From Pristiophorus japonicus (lineage: Eukaryota), in NCBI RefSeq assembly GCF_044704955.1, contig NC_091999.1, positions 10,478,001-10,542,000 on the forward strand: a DNA stretch of 64,000 nt, written 5' to 3'. Under the pieces are notes generated by a model. The model saw only the letters and a list, made by a program, of their open reading frames with translations, was not told the origin of the DNA and did not search any database. Made by a program: the position numbers and the translations under genes. How positions within the stretch are numbered: the first letter of the stretch is position 1; every line of letters starts with the position of its first letter. Positions 1 through 11,999 of this stretch are shown here, in pieces.

Positions 1-890
1 GAGAAAGTGATAGAAGCAATGTCTATGTATTCCAGGGTAAACAACACATTACATAAATGTGCACGGTAAAACGTAACAGAGAAATGTGTTAATCCGAGAA
101 ATGGCTTAAATTATACAGTGGCATTAGGGCAAGTATGTCCAGGTTCAAACGAGTAAAAGGTAACTTTACGACTAAGATGAAAAGATTGGGGGTCACGCAG
201 AGAGAGATCGTCACTTGAAATGGACAACGGGACAAAGTCCAACATCAACGAATTACTTTGAAACAAATAAAGGATATTAGGGGGAGTGGGTTCAGGAAGG
301 ATAAATTATGAGGCGTCGAATGGTGTTCCTCATCCGCAAGTATCATGTGATCGTGTGATTCATCAGCAGCAGTTAACAGGCAAACATGTTGAGGGCGCTC
401 CTTCTGGTGGCGATGTGAAGTTTATATTTAGCTCTGCATGAGAATACTCTGAATTCTCAATTTGCTGATGGATGTTGTTGCGTGATGACGTCATATTCTT
501 GTTTTATTATTATACAATATAATGCAGATATGTATATACACGGTGTGAAATACAACTTCATTGTAAATCTTGGTGATGTCCATTGTTTATTTGCAGTGCC
601 CAAGACATGAGTCATGAATGAAGCTCACTCAAAACAATATGAAAACACACCAATTCCAACTCTGAGTTACCACACCACATATAGTGGATGTACATTTGTC
701 TCATGTTGCACACCTGTTTAATATATTGTGGGATCTCTAAAGTATCTGCGGCCATTTCAAACATGTTCATGAGGTTCGGTTATCATCTATTATCATTTGT
801 AACTGCATCTATTAATTGAGCATTTTGTTGTGTTGAAAAGAGAGATTGAGACAAATAGGTTTTCTACACGCGGCACCTTTATGGAATACG

Positions 891-1020
891 AGAGGGAGAG
901 AGAAGGAGACAGAGCTAACGACAGAGAGAGACAGACAGACAGACAGATAGATACCGAGACAAAGAGAGAGACAGAGACGCAGTGAAAGCCAGAGAGACAG
1001 AAAGGGAACAGGCAGAGAAA
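891..1020. repeat. AG/AGAC-rich microsatellite
   Basis: Runs of gaga/gaca; explains the low-complexity S/L/V-rich ORFs 793-1093 (-). Confidence 0.9.
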
Positions 1021-1224
1021 GTAATTGGTCTCCAACTAGCACTGATTGGTGCACAACTGTCGTCATTTCAGAGAGACCAGCCAATCCTGTCAATGCTAAA
1101 CAACGCTCATTTTCCCAATAAGTGAAGCATGCGCTGATCTGAGTTTACTCTTTAATATCACACTAGAAGTGTCAAGATATTTAAAACAAACCGCTCTTTG
1201 CTGTCAAACTCTAAAATACGCATC

Positions 1225-1659
1225 ATGTGCTCTCCCTGTTCCTTACTAATAATAATGACCGTGCTGCCGGCGAGTCTACCTTTAAACGGCCAGTGCGTGT
1301 TCCATGGGTTATATTCAATCTGGGACTTTTAGCACATTCTGCATTTTGTTACAGGAACGAGTGCAAAAATTCAGTGTTCCAGGATCCACCTCATCCAATG
1401 GTACAGGAAGGGCAGACCATAATAATGAACTGTAGTTACTCGATAACATACAAAGCCCCAACTCTCTTCTGGTGTAACCAGTATCCCAGGGAAGCTCTGA
1501 GATATCGACTGAGGAGATATAGCTCGGGGACGGTAGATCACTCTCCAGATTTAACAGACAGGCACTTTGCTGTTTTGTTCAGTGACAACAAAATGATTCT
1601 CTTAAGTATCGCCGGAGCTCTTAATCCAACACCGCTGTGCATTTCTGTGCCATGGAGCC
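1225..1659 (+). pseudogene. TCR alpha/delta V pseudogene (leader 1225-1269, V exon 1355-1659)
   Basis: Leader MCSPCSLLIIMTVLP. The donor region is damaged (ccg-gcgagt versus cctg-gtgagt in the paralog at 63145). V exon NSVFQDPPHPMVQEGQTIIMNCSYS..LFWCNQYP..; FR3 frameshift before AVHFCAME. Confidence 0.9.
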
Positions 1660-1698
1660 CACACTGCTGAGGAGATTTAGTGTATCCGGAACAAAACT
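1660..1698 (+). other. 23-RSS of V pseudogene
   Basis: CACACTG-23 bp-AACAAAACT. Confidence 0.8.
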
Positions 1699-1929
1699 CA
1701 CAATGCCAGTTCCAGATAGAGTTCACCAGAGGGCACTCTCACACCGATAAACAATAATTCAACCTCCTGACTGACAGCAAAAAATACAACACTCAACAGG
1801 TACAGGTTAGGTCCACTGGTGGAATTTTATTAGTTTGTGATTTAACCTCGCATTTATAATAAAATTAACTTTTGCAATCTTGGCTGTGGAGACTTTACTC
1901 CCCTGTTATAGTTAAAAACATCTAAGAGT

Positions 1930-2240
1930 TGCATTGTATGAACCCATTCACAAACCTAGACGTCCCAAAGCGCTTCACAGCCAATGACATACTGCTTGAA
2001 TCATAGTCACTGTTGTAGTGTGGGAAACACGGCAGCCACTTAGCGCATAGCAAGCTCCCACAAAATGCAACCTTAAAAAGGATAACGTAATCTGCTTTAG
2101 CGATGCTGGTTGAGGTATAAATATTGGTCACGACTCCAGGGATAACTCTCCTGCTCTTCTTCAAATGATGCCTTGGGATATTTTACATCCATCTGAGAGA
2201 GCAGGCGGGGCCTCGGTTGAATATCTCATCCGAAAGACTT
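1930..2240 (-). mobile_element. Deu-domain SINE fragment (SacSINE1-like)
   Basis: Reverse-complement match to the copy at 40975-41420 (ggggcctcggtt..atctcatccgaaagac core; cccaaagcgcttcacagccaatg tail). Confidence 0.7.
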
Positions 2241-2508
2241 TTCCGTGCCTACCTGTAATAGTGTGCATCTGTTTACACATCTCCATTGTCATTTTGACGC
2301 ACCCTTTGATCGCGGCTTGAAGGCAAGATTTATTTCATCAGTCTGTTGCTTGATCAGAGAGTGTTTATACACAATGAACAGAATTAACAAGACAGTGATT
2401 GTGCCCTTTAAACCTTGCCCCAAGCTCAGAGTTACACCAATGTACATTCTATTTCAGGATGTCTCTCCTGTTGCAATATTTTCTGTCACCATTATCAATC
2501 TCGTGTTT

Positions 2509-5500
2509 CATAGATACATAGATACATAGTAAATAGGTGCAGGAGAAGGCCATTCGGCCCTTCGAGCCAGCACCGCCATTCAATGAGTTCATGGCTGAAC
2601 ATGCAACTTCAGTACCCCATTCCTGCTTTCTCGCCATACCCCTTGATCCCCCTATTAGTAAGGACTATATCCAACTTATTTTTGAATATATTTAGTGAAT
2701 AAGCCTCAACAACTTTCGGTTGTAGAGAATTCCACAGGTTAACCACTCTCTGGGTGAAAAGGTTTCTCCTCATCTCGGTTCTAAATTGCTTCCCCCTTAT
2801 CCTTAGACTGTGACGCCTGGTTCTGGACTTCCCCAACATTGGGAATATTCTTCCTGAACCTAATACATCTAAACCCGTCAGAATTTTAAACGTTTCTATG
2901 AGATCCCCTCTCATTCTTTGAACTCCAGTGCATAAAAGCCTGGTTGATGCAGTATTTCTTAATTTATAAGTCCCGCTATCCTGGGAATTAGTCTGGTGAA
3001 CCTTCGCTGCACTCCCTCAATAGCAAGAATGTCCTTCCTCAAGTTAGGGGACGACAACTGTACACAATACTCCAGGTGTGGCCTCACCAAGGCCCTGTAC
3101 TTCTGTAGCAACACCTCCCTGCACCTGTCGTCAAATCACCTCGCAATGAAGGCGAACATGACATTTGCATTCTTAACAGCCTCCTGGACCTGCATGCCAA
3201 CCTTCAATGACCGATGTACCATGACACCCAGATCTCGTTGCACCTCCTCTTTTCCTAATCTGTCACCATTCAGATAATAGTCTGTCTCTCTGTTTTTACC
3301 ACCAAAGTGGATAACCTTAAATCACTTCATACTTCATCAGCCATGCATTTGCCCACTCACCTAATGTATCCAAGTCACTCTGCAGCCTCATAGCATCCTC
3401 CTCGCAGCTCACGCTGCCACCCAACTTAGTGTCATCCGCAAATTTGGAGATACTACATTTAATCCCTTCGTCTAAACCATTAATGCACAATGTAAACAGC
3501 TAGGGCCCCAGCACAGAACCTTGCGGTACCCCACTAGTCACTGACTGCCATTCTGAAAAGTACCCATTTACTGCTACTCTTTGCTTCCTGTCTGCCAACC
3601 AGTTCTCAATCCACGTCAATACACTACCCCCAATCCCATGTGCTTTAACTTTGCACATTAATCTCTTGTGTGGGACCTTGTCGAAAGCCTTCTGAAAGTC
3701 CAATACACCACATCAACTGGTTCTCCCTTGTCCACTCTACTGGAAACATCCTCAAACAATTCCAGAGGATTTGTCAAGCATGATTTCCCTTTCATAATTC
3801 CATGCTGGCTTGGACCTATCATGTCACCGCTTTCCAAATGCGCTGCTATGGCATCCTTAATAAATGATTCCATCATTTTACTCACTACAGATGCCAGTCT
3901 GACCAGTCTATAGTTCCTTGTTTTCTCTCTCCCAACCTTTTTAAAAAGTGGGGTTTCATTGGCTATACTCCACTTCATAGGAACGGATACAGAGTCTATT
4001 GGAAATGACTGTCAATGCATCCTTAATACTCTGGGATGCAGACCATCAGGCCCTGGGGATTTATCGGCCTTCAATCCCATCAATTTTCCCAACTAATAAT
4101 GATTTCTCTCAGTTCCTCCTACTTACTGGATCCTCTGACCCCTTTTCTATCCGGAAGATTGTTTGTGTCCTCCTTAATGAATACCGAACCAAAGTACTTG
4201 TTCAATTGGTCCGCAATTTCATTGTTCCCTGTTATGACTTCCCCTGATTCTGACTGCAGGGGACCTACGTTTGTCTTCACTAACCTTTTTATCTTTACAT
4301 ATCTATAGAATCTTTTGCAGTCGTTCTCAATGTTCCCTGCAAGCTTCCTCTCGTACTCTATTTTCCCTGCCCTAATCAAACCATTTGTCCTCCTCTGCTG
4401 AGTTCTAAATTTCACCCAGTCCCCGGGTTCGCTACTTTCTCTAGCCAATTTTTTATGCCACTTCCTTGGCTTTATCACTGTGCCTGATTTCCCTTGATAG
4501 CCACGGTTGAGTCACCTTCCCTTTTTTATTTTTCCGCCAGACGGGGATGTACAATTGTTGTAGTTCATCCATGCGGTCTCTAAATGTCTGCCATTGCCCA
4601 TCCACAGTCAACCCCTTAAGTATTATTCGCCAATCCATCCCCGCCAAGTCACGCCTCAAACCTTCAAAGGTACCGTTCTTTAAGGTCTGGACCATGGTCT
4701 CTGAATTAACTTTTTCATTCTCCATCCTAATGTAGAATTCCACCATATTATGGTCACTCTTCCCCAAAGGGCGTCGCACAACGAGATATCTAATTAATCC
4801 TCTCATTACGCATCACCCAGTCTAAGATGGCCTCCCCCCTCTTGGTTCCTCGACATATTAGTCTAGAAAACCATCCCTTATGCAGTCCAGGAATTCCTCC
4901 TCCACCGTATTGCTTCCAGTTTGGCTAGTCCAATCTATGTGCTTATTGAAGTCACCCATGATAACTGCTGCACCTTTATTGCATGCACCCCTAATTTCTT
5001 GCTTGATGCCCTCCCCAATATCACTACTACTGTTTAGACATCTGTACACAACTCCCACTAACATATTTTGCCCTTTGGTGTTCTGCAGCTCTACCCATAT
5101 AGAATCCACATCATCCAAGCGAATGTCCTTTCTAACTGTTGCATTAATCTCCTCTTTGACCGGCAATGCTACACCACCACCTTTTCCTTTTATTCTATCC
5201 TTCCCGAATGTTGAATACGCTTGGATGTTGAGTTTCCAACCCTGATCTTGCTGGAGCCACATCTCTGTAATCCCAATCACATCGTCTCTGTTAAAATCTA
5301 TTTGCACATTTAATTCATCCACATTATTACGGATGCTCCTTGCACTAAGACACAGAGCCTTCAGACTTGTCCTTTTAACACACCTTGTCCCATTAAAATG
5401 TTGCTGTAATGTGGCCCTTTTTGTTTTTTGCATTGGGATTCTCTGCCCTCCACTTTTACTATTCTCCTTTCTGTCTTTTGCCTCTGTCTTCCTTTTATTT

Positions 5501-5535
5501 CCCTCTGCCTCCGTGCATCGGTTCCCATCCTGTTG
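2509..5535 (-). mobile_element. CR1 LINE, 5'-truncated: ORF2 endonuclease + RT to 3' tail, disrupted
   Basis: ORF fragments CLSARSIRN, GGGVAL, IMGDFN, SDHNMV, DFQKAFDKVPH, SGVPQGSVLGP, RVVNLWNSL; short simple-repeat tail at about 2509-2530. Confidence 0.95.
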
Positions 5536-5899
5536 CCAGATTTTCCCGGTTACACTAAATAGAACAATGTCATTTCCACCCCGATCTCTAAACGCGAAAC
5601 CATTTCCCAATAAGGACACGGACTGTGACCCAGCTTGGGGTATTTCCATTCATGAGACCCAGCTCACCACCTACCGGTCTCACTGCGCCCTAGGGATACA
5701 AGGGAGTGATGTGATAGAATTATGAGACACGACAGCAGATTATTGAGAATGGGAATTAGAACGGCTGTTTACAAATATCCAACAACGCTTTTAGAGAGTG
5801 GACGGCGCCGATGTTGCTACTGATCATTGTGGTTGTCTCGGGCATTTCTGACCGGTAATTGTGGATCATACGCATTTAATCTGCTTATACATCCAACAG

Positions 5900-6215
5900 G
5901 AGCCCAGCAGCAGTGTGGAGATCCCGGAATGTTGTGAGGCTGGAGGAGATTACATAGATAGGCGAGGCCATGGAGAGATTTGAAAACAAGGTTGAGAATT
6001 ATACAATCTAGGCGTTGTCGGACCAAGAGTTAAGGTAGGTCAGTGATCACAGGTGTGATGGTGAATGTGATCTGGAGGGAGTTAGGACGAGTTTTCAACG
6101 TGCTCAAGATTCCTGAGCGTGCAAGATGAGAAGTTGGTGCGGAGTGAATTGAGATAGTCGAGTCTAGAGGTATCAAAGACATGGACGAGGGTTTCAGCAG
6201 AACGTGAACTGAAGT
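5900..6215 (-). mobile_element. L2-type LINE RT C-terminal fragment
   Basis: ORF 5817-6026 RQRLDCIILNLVFKSLHGLAYLCNLLQP; similar to the longer copy at 53300-54470. Confidence 0.65.
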
Positions 6216-6411
6216 CGGGGAGGATTTAAAACGCTGTTACCCAGTTAAAACATCCGGTTCCTATTATCAGAAAGGGCATCACACTCGATACTTCGTTACG
6301 TTTTGTTGCATCTTCCTATCGAAGAGTTGCTCAATTTATCAGTATTAATTACTGCAAGGAGAAATAGAATTCCTGGTCCAAGGGTTTGTAGGTGAAGGTC
6401 TAATAGAGCAC

Positions 6412-6795
6412 ATGTCATACCGTCACCTCGCTACCTTGTGGCTAGTGTTCGATACATATGGCTAAGCCTTGTCTCTATTTGCACTAATGTAATGTAATAA
6501 TCGTTCTAACTCAGCAATGTATTCAAAGTTAACTTTTATTTCAGGGGAGATTCAGGCAGATTCGGTGCCATAGCCTTAGACCGCGCTCTATGTGACTGAA
6601 GGGGAAGTTGTGAAAATAGACTGCAGCTACACAACAAGGTCCAGTATCCCCGAACTGCATTTGTCAAAAGAGCGCACAAAGCAGGTTGCGTGTTTCATGT
6701 TGTATCGAGACAAGACCGCAAAAATAAGGCGGATTTTTCGAAGGAAAGATAGGAAGCCGGCCATACAATGCAGAACTGCGTTTCCTTCAACTTAT
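6412..6795 (+). pseudogene. TCR alpha/delta V pseudogene, 3'-truncated at a CR1 fragment
   Basis: Leader MSYRHLATLWLVFDTY (6412-6460); acceptor ttcag ends 6544. Exon GEIQADSVP*P*TALYVTEGEVVKIDCSYTT has stops; no YYC or RSS. Paralog of 44232-44530. Confidence 0.85.
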
Positions 6796-6799
6796 AAAA

Positions 6800-7670
6800 A
6801 CAGAGAGGTGTCGTAATATTAAATAAAGCAGCAATTACAACGGTGAGGAGGGGTCATATCTTAAAAGGATCATCAACTGAGGCCATATGGGTTCAACGAA
6901 AAAAACAGGGGGCCAATCACACTGCTGGGTGTGTACTATCGACACGCAAATACAGTCAGAAGGAGTAGAAGAGCAAATATTGAGGCAAATTTCTAAGAAG
7001 TGCAAACATAATAGGGCAGTTAGAGTAGGGAATTTCAACTAGCCTCATATTAACTGGGATAGAATTAGTGTGAGATGTATAGAAGGAACGGAATTCTTAA
7101 AATGTATTCAAGAGAACCTTTTTAGCCGGTATGCAGCAAGCCCAACAAGAGGTGGCATTCTGGATTAGTTTCAGGAAATAAAGCTGGACAGGTGGAAGGG
7201 GTATCAGTGGGAGTGCATTTTGATGGTTGTGATTATAATCAGTTAGATTTAGGGTAGTTATGGAACGGGACAAAAATTGACAAGAAATAAAAGTTTCCAA
7301 TTGGAGAAAAGCCAACATAGCGACGCTGAGATGTGATTTAGTTGAAGTGAAATAGACAAATCTACTTGAAGGTACATCAGTGTCAGAGCGGTGGGAGGCA
7401 TTCAAGTCGGAGATCGTGAAAGTTCAGAACAAGGATTGTCCCTTAAAGAAAAAGCACGGGACAACAAATCTAGGACCCCACGGATGTCAAGGGGCATAGA
7501 GGTTATGAAAAGTAACAAAAAGGAAATTTATGACAGATATAGAGGGCTCAATTCTGCAGAGTCCATGCACGAATATAGAAAGTGCAAGAGTGAAACTAAA
7601 AAAGCAAAGAGAGGGCCTGGAAGGATTTTGTCAAGTAAAGTCAAGGAAAACCTAAAGATGCTTTATAAGC
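6800..7670 (+). mobile_element. CR1 ORF2 endonuclease-region fragment
   Basis: Degenerate GV.YR, VGNFN.PHINWD, LKCIQENLF, AILD motifs. Confidence 0.8.
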
Positions 7671-7919
7671 GATGTAACTATTTGTACTGCAGTTCTTTTG
7701 ACAGACATGCTTCTTCAAGTCGCCCCCACCCCAACGTGCGGCACCTGTCAAGCTCTGCCACGGATCTCGCCCCCGAATCGTTCCCTCCACGTGGTGCGGA
7801 GATGCAGGACCGGAGGCCCGAGATTGCAGATCTGATCTCGGCGGGCGGCCGAGAGCAGCGACGGGAGGCCTAGAACGGCGGCGGCGGGCAGTGAAGTGGT
7901 GCGGAGCTGAATGGGGGTG

Positions 7920-8190
7920 TTAGAGAGAGGCAGACTGGTGGAGGGAGAGGGAGAGAGAGACTGGGGGGAGCGAAAGAGACTGCGAGAGAGAGAGAGAGTG
8001 ATGCTGGGAGAGAGAGATACTGGTGGGTGAAGGAGAGAGAGGCTGAGGGGACATGTGAGAGACACTGAGGAGAGAAAAACTGGGAGAGAGAGAGGCTGGG
8101 GGAGAGAGAAACTGGGGGAGAGAGCGAGAGTGAGATATATTGAAGGAGGGAGAGACACGTGTGCGAGGGGACCGGAGTGGAGAAAGAGAG
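7920..8190. repeat. GA-rich low-complexity tract
   Basis: Purine-rich gagaga/gggga runs. Confidence 0.85.
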
Positions 8191-8344
8191 CTCAGGGAAG
8201 AAGGATCACATTTTTCTAACCACCTACAAGGGACACCGTTGTAGCGGATGAAATCCAGAAGTCAGGACACTGTCACTATTCACTTTTTACCCAATGACCC
8301 CGTTAACAATGCGTACACAATGCCCCATCTATTGTGTGGTCGGG

Positions 8345-8552
8345 GAGGCGGGAGGATGCATTTGCGCTGGGGTAACTCACATTGGCTGGGGGAAGGATGC
8401 ACTTGGACTGAGGTAAGGCACTTAGGCTGGGGAATGCAAGCACTTGGACTGGGCTAACGCACGTCGGCTGGGGAAGACATGCATTTGGACTTGGGAAAAG
8501 TAATTCGCTGGGGAGGCCTGCACTTCGACTTGTGCAAGGCACATTGGCTGGC
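8345..8552. repeat. Degenerate minisatellite (about 39-bp unit of two about 19-bp halves)
   Basis: Recurrent atgcacttggactg...gcac(a/t)ttggctggggaa, about 5 copies. Confidence 0.7.
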
Positions 8553-9552
8553 CCTTGCTGTCATCTGAGGAGCTCTTTCCTCTGTCGCTTCAGGAAGTCA
8601 AATTGGATCGAGAAAACTCATCTGCCACATGTCCACCCATTCCACCAGCCTGTCTATATATTCGTAAAGTCTATCGCTGTCCTCCTCACTGTTCACTTCC
8701 AAATGTTTTGTCAGCTGCATATTTTGAAATTGTGGTTTGTACTCTCAAGTGAATGTTATTAATATACATCAAGAATAGGAGTTGTCTGAGTATAGACCCT
8801 GATGAACATTACTCCAACCCTCCTGCAGTCTGATAGACAGCCGACGACTCTCTGTTTCCTGGCACTAAGTCAATTCTACTGTAATATAATTCATGCAGTC
8901 AGTCCACATTTCTCTCCTCCGTCTGTGTAAAGAATTGTTGTCCTCACCATAAAAATGTATATTTTGCCGTTTCATGTTTCACCCTGGGGGTACGTTTATT
9001 ATGCGTCTGATCCACAGGGACCAGTGGAGTTTTTCTTTGATTTCCTTTGGTTCAATCCGTCTTTGACTGATTTGTTGGATGAGCAGTGTCCACATCTTGG
9101 GATTTCCGGATTCGGTGTCCAAACTACTCAGAGATTCTCTCCACTCTTCAGGATACCCGCACTCAGCAAGGACCAACAACACGGCAGCTCCTGGCAGAAG
9201 GGAGGTTGGATTTGATTCATTGAGTTATTAAGTCGGTCGTGGAGGGCTGAAAGAACAACGCCGCCCCTGTACATCAGACTAATGTGGGAGGGGCTTTCTC
9301 ATCGTGCTCCGAAACTAAATGAAGCGCCAGGAAACTGTGGGTCCCTCGTTAAACCTATTGCTTTTTCACACAGCTCACAGCCAGGATCCGGGACTGTGCG
9401 GCCCATCACTGATAACCCGAATACTGCCCTCTACAAATCACTTCATCATCTAAAGCGTTTCAGTCCCGCTTTGAGGTAGTCTCCAAAAGCAGTCCAGGGC
9501 TACAGTCTACAGCTCCCCATCATATGAACCATCCATTACAGCCAGTAAACCG

Positions 9553-9595
9553 ATGGGAATCCTGTTTGTTTTCACGCTGTGTATCTGTTTCCCAC
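9553..9595 (+). CDS. NAR-TCR V leader exon
   Basis: ATG..MGILFVFTLCICFP + C|GTGAGT phase-1 donor; splices in frame to ttccag|GC at 9742. Confidence 0.92.
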
Positions 9596-9741
9596 GTGAG
9601 TACCGTTCCGACAAATCGACATTGTGTGGATTTAATATAAAGCTGCCGTGTCCATCCGAATTGCAGACTTTATCTGTGTTTTAGCCCCGTTGTGTGTTTC
9701 GGCTGAAATGATCCATTAAACACTCTCCATTTAATTTCCAG

Positions 9742-10029
9742 GCTCTTTCACTAACTCAGTGGTACAGACCCCGCCAGCGGTGACCAGACAGGAGTGTCAG
9801 TCCCTCACCATCACCTGCGTTTTCTATGGTGGATTTTTTGCTCGTCCTTTAACTGGTGGGCAATTCTTCAGACAAACGCAGACCGGGACAGAGTGGGAGC
9901 GGATCTCGAGCGACGAGCGATTTGTTATGAGGACGAATGAGGCTGAAAAGACATTTTGGATGGAAATTAGGGATGTGCGAGTTGAAGACAGTGCCACCTA
10001 TTACTGCAAAGCCCAGTACAAATATACTA
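9742..10029 (+). CDS. NTCRV: NAR-TCR V segment (IgNAR-like V of doubly rearranging TCR delta), open frame
   Basis: RSFTNSVVQTPPAVTRQECQSLTITC..FFRQ..EWERISSDERFV..EIRDVRVEDSATYYCKAQYKYT. Only 62 aa between the canonical Cys (71 in the V at 61.1 kb), consistent with the NAR CDR2 deletion. Ends YCKA, has an extra FR1 Cys, and is followed by its own D and J. Confidence 0.93.
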
Positions 10030-10067
10030 CACAGTGATGGGCCTTGGCTTCCCGCGATACAAAAACT
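10030..10067 (+). other. V RSS (22-bp spacer, 23-type)
   Basis: CACAGTG-22 bp-ACAAAAACT. Confidence 0.95.
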
Positions 10068-10377
10068 TGCACTGAAGATTGTGACAGAAACCAGTGAAAA
10101 GCCGCATTAAACCGGCAGTTCCGCCTAGCACCATCTGCCCCACAGTCTAGATTATAATCAGATTGGATTATTGCAGTTAACAGTTTGAGTTTTGTAAATG
10201 CTGAGTGTGTGCAGGTGGTGATGTCTTCCGGGGATTTGTGTCAATGCATGGCGATTGGGAATGACTGATCGCTGTTGCAAGTCCAGAGCACCAGATTAAT
10301 CCTGTTCTAACAGCTGGTACCGGGAACCGCAGACCCCACCGTGTACGTAATGTCCCAACATCTCACCGAATACCGGG

Positions 10378-10446
10378 AGATTTTATGCTGACGTGAAGCA
10401 GTGTGTTGACTGGAACAACACAGTGGAAGAGACCTGAGCAAAAACC
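10378..10446 (+). other. NAR-TCR D segment (TTGACTGGAACAA, 10406-10418) with 12-RSS on both sides
   Basis: AGATTTTAT-12-CAGTGTG | D | CACAGTG-12-GCAAAAACC. Confidence 0.9.
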
Positions 10447-10760
10447 TGTACACAATTAAATCATAAATTCCCCGGGCCCGGATCCTGAATATTAGCATTG
10501 ATCATATTGTCACCGTAATTTGGTTTAATTTCAGTGTGATTCCTACATTCAGTTATCTTTCTCTGATATTTTCTCCATTTATATGAAGCATCTAGCGCCG
10601 GCCCGTGTTCCTGGGCCATTTTACTACGAGCTCAGAATCTCACAAGGAACAGATTGAACCGACGGGGTATGTGGAAAACAAATTGTGATTATTGATCACT
10701 GGAATAATTGGGCAGCGCCTAATGTCTGGTGTTGTCTGGCCGGCAGATTGAGGTGTCGCT

Positions 10761-10799
10761 GGTTCTTGTGTCGGGGTGACTGAGAGCTGTGTCACTGTG
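10761..10799 (-). other. J 23-RSS
   Basis: On + strand GGTTCTTGT-23 bp-CACTGTG. Confidence 0.93.
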
Positions 10800-10869
10800 C
10801 TGGATACTAATACCAACTGGAAGTATGATTATGTGGATGGATCCGGGACTGTGGTGACTGTCACAGCCG
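10800..10869 (+). CDS. NAR-TCR J segment
   Basis: LDTNTNWKYDYVDGSGTVVTVTA + G|GTAAGT phase-1 donor; GxG-TVVTV motif like IgNAR J. Confidence 0.93.
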
Positions 10870-11759
10870 GTAAGTGATTCCAAACCACGCTGTGTTACAG
10901 ACTTTGCTGGTTAATATTCACCATTAGTTTAGAATTGTGCTCAATATCACCTTAATCTCCTTTGAAGTAAAGCAGTGCTGTTTCCTAATAGAGCCTTTCC
11001 ATTGCAGTTTTCGGGGAGTAGAATATGAACCATCGTGGGGCTCGGGTCCAGGTGTGTGTTCGGAGATTGGAAGGGTAAGACCACCCCACGAAGCAGGCAG
11101 GCTGTAGTGGTCTGACCCCATCTGCATCATCATTGGTGTAACGGGGACCTCAGGATGTCCAACGAATGTTCCAGTTTCTCTCTATCACTGATCTGCAGTT
11201 GCTGTAATTGAGCGCAGATTGTCGACACGCCGGTCTCCGCTCTCGGTGATAACTGTGACTGAGGGAGCTAAGCCTCTCCCTGCGAGCCGTGATGTGGGGC
11301 TGGGTTGGGGGGGAGTGGAGGGGAGGGAGTGGAGGGGAGGGAGTGGAGGGGAGGCGGGGAGAAGTGGGGAGGGCATAGAGCATTTTCATGGGCAGGAGAT
11401 GGCTCTCAGAGTCGGGCAGTGTGAATGAGGTAATGGGAGAGTGAAAGCAATGATTCAGCGACCCATCCAATACCTGCAGCGGCCCGTCAGTTCCATGCAG
11501 CGGCCGGTCCTATATCTACAGCAGCCCATCTGATATGTGCAGCGAAAAGGAGAAAAATATCTTACTTTACCAGCCAGGCGCAGGTGTAGAGACACTAGTC
11601 TCTGGGCCATTCAAAGCACAAGCCGACACCGGGGGATTGAGATGTACAGGAGGGACGGGTTGTGATTGGGCTCCAGTCCTTTTCTCAGCTTTGCATTTCT
11701 TTCAATCCTGAGAGAAGACCGCGGGAGAAATCTGCACATTTCTGGAAAAATTGAAAAGG

Positions 11760-11945
11760 CGGAGGCCTGAAGTAAGTTACTAAATTATGAAGGAGTTCGA
11801 TAGTGCGCACGTGGAGAAAATGTTTCTATTATGAGTGAGCCCAGAGCAATGGGCCACGAATATAAGATAGTCACTAACAGAACAACTAAAGACATTGGTA
11901 ATAATTTATTTACACAGAGAGGAATCAGAATGTGGAACTCACTGC
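11760..11945 (+). mobile_element. CR1 3' ORF2 fragment
   Basis: GHEYKI..NNLFTQRGIRMWNSLP. Confidence 0.75.
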
Positions 11946-11999
11946 CGCATTTCGGACCTGGAGCAGCGGGTGGAGTCAAATACGGTGGAAGCACGAGGC

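Noticed and set aside
486-493. TGACGTCA (CRE) as a V promoter element
   Set aside because: About 730 bp from the nearest leader, which is a pseudogene; a single 8-mer is expected by chance in 64 kb.
2509-5535. Active autonomous CR1
   Set aside because: Frameshifts, stops, an internal deletion and no ORF1; no LINE in the window has an intact ORF2.
7391-8158. ORFs of 160 and 136 aa as host genes
   Set aside because: Made of a CR1 fragment and a GA-rich tract; the same applies to most short ORFs in the track, which are LINE pieces or their antisense.
10337-10374. Possible second D remnant (CACCGTG-22-CCGAATACC)
   Set aside because: Nonamer only 6/9 and no matching 5' RSS found; may be chance.
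9553-10869. IgNAR or IgH cluster
   Set aside because: Single D, no constant exons, and the J is followed by a leaderless TCR-type V with a CDR1 Cys among TCR Vs; NAR-TCR fits better.
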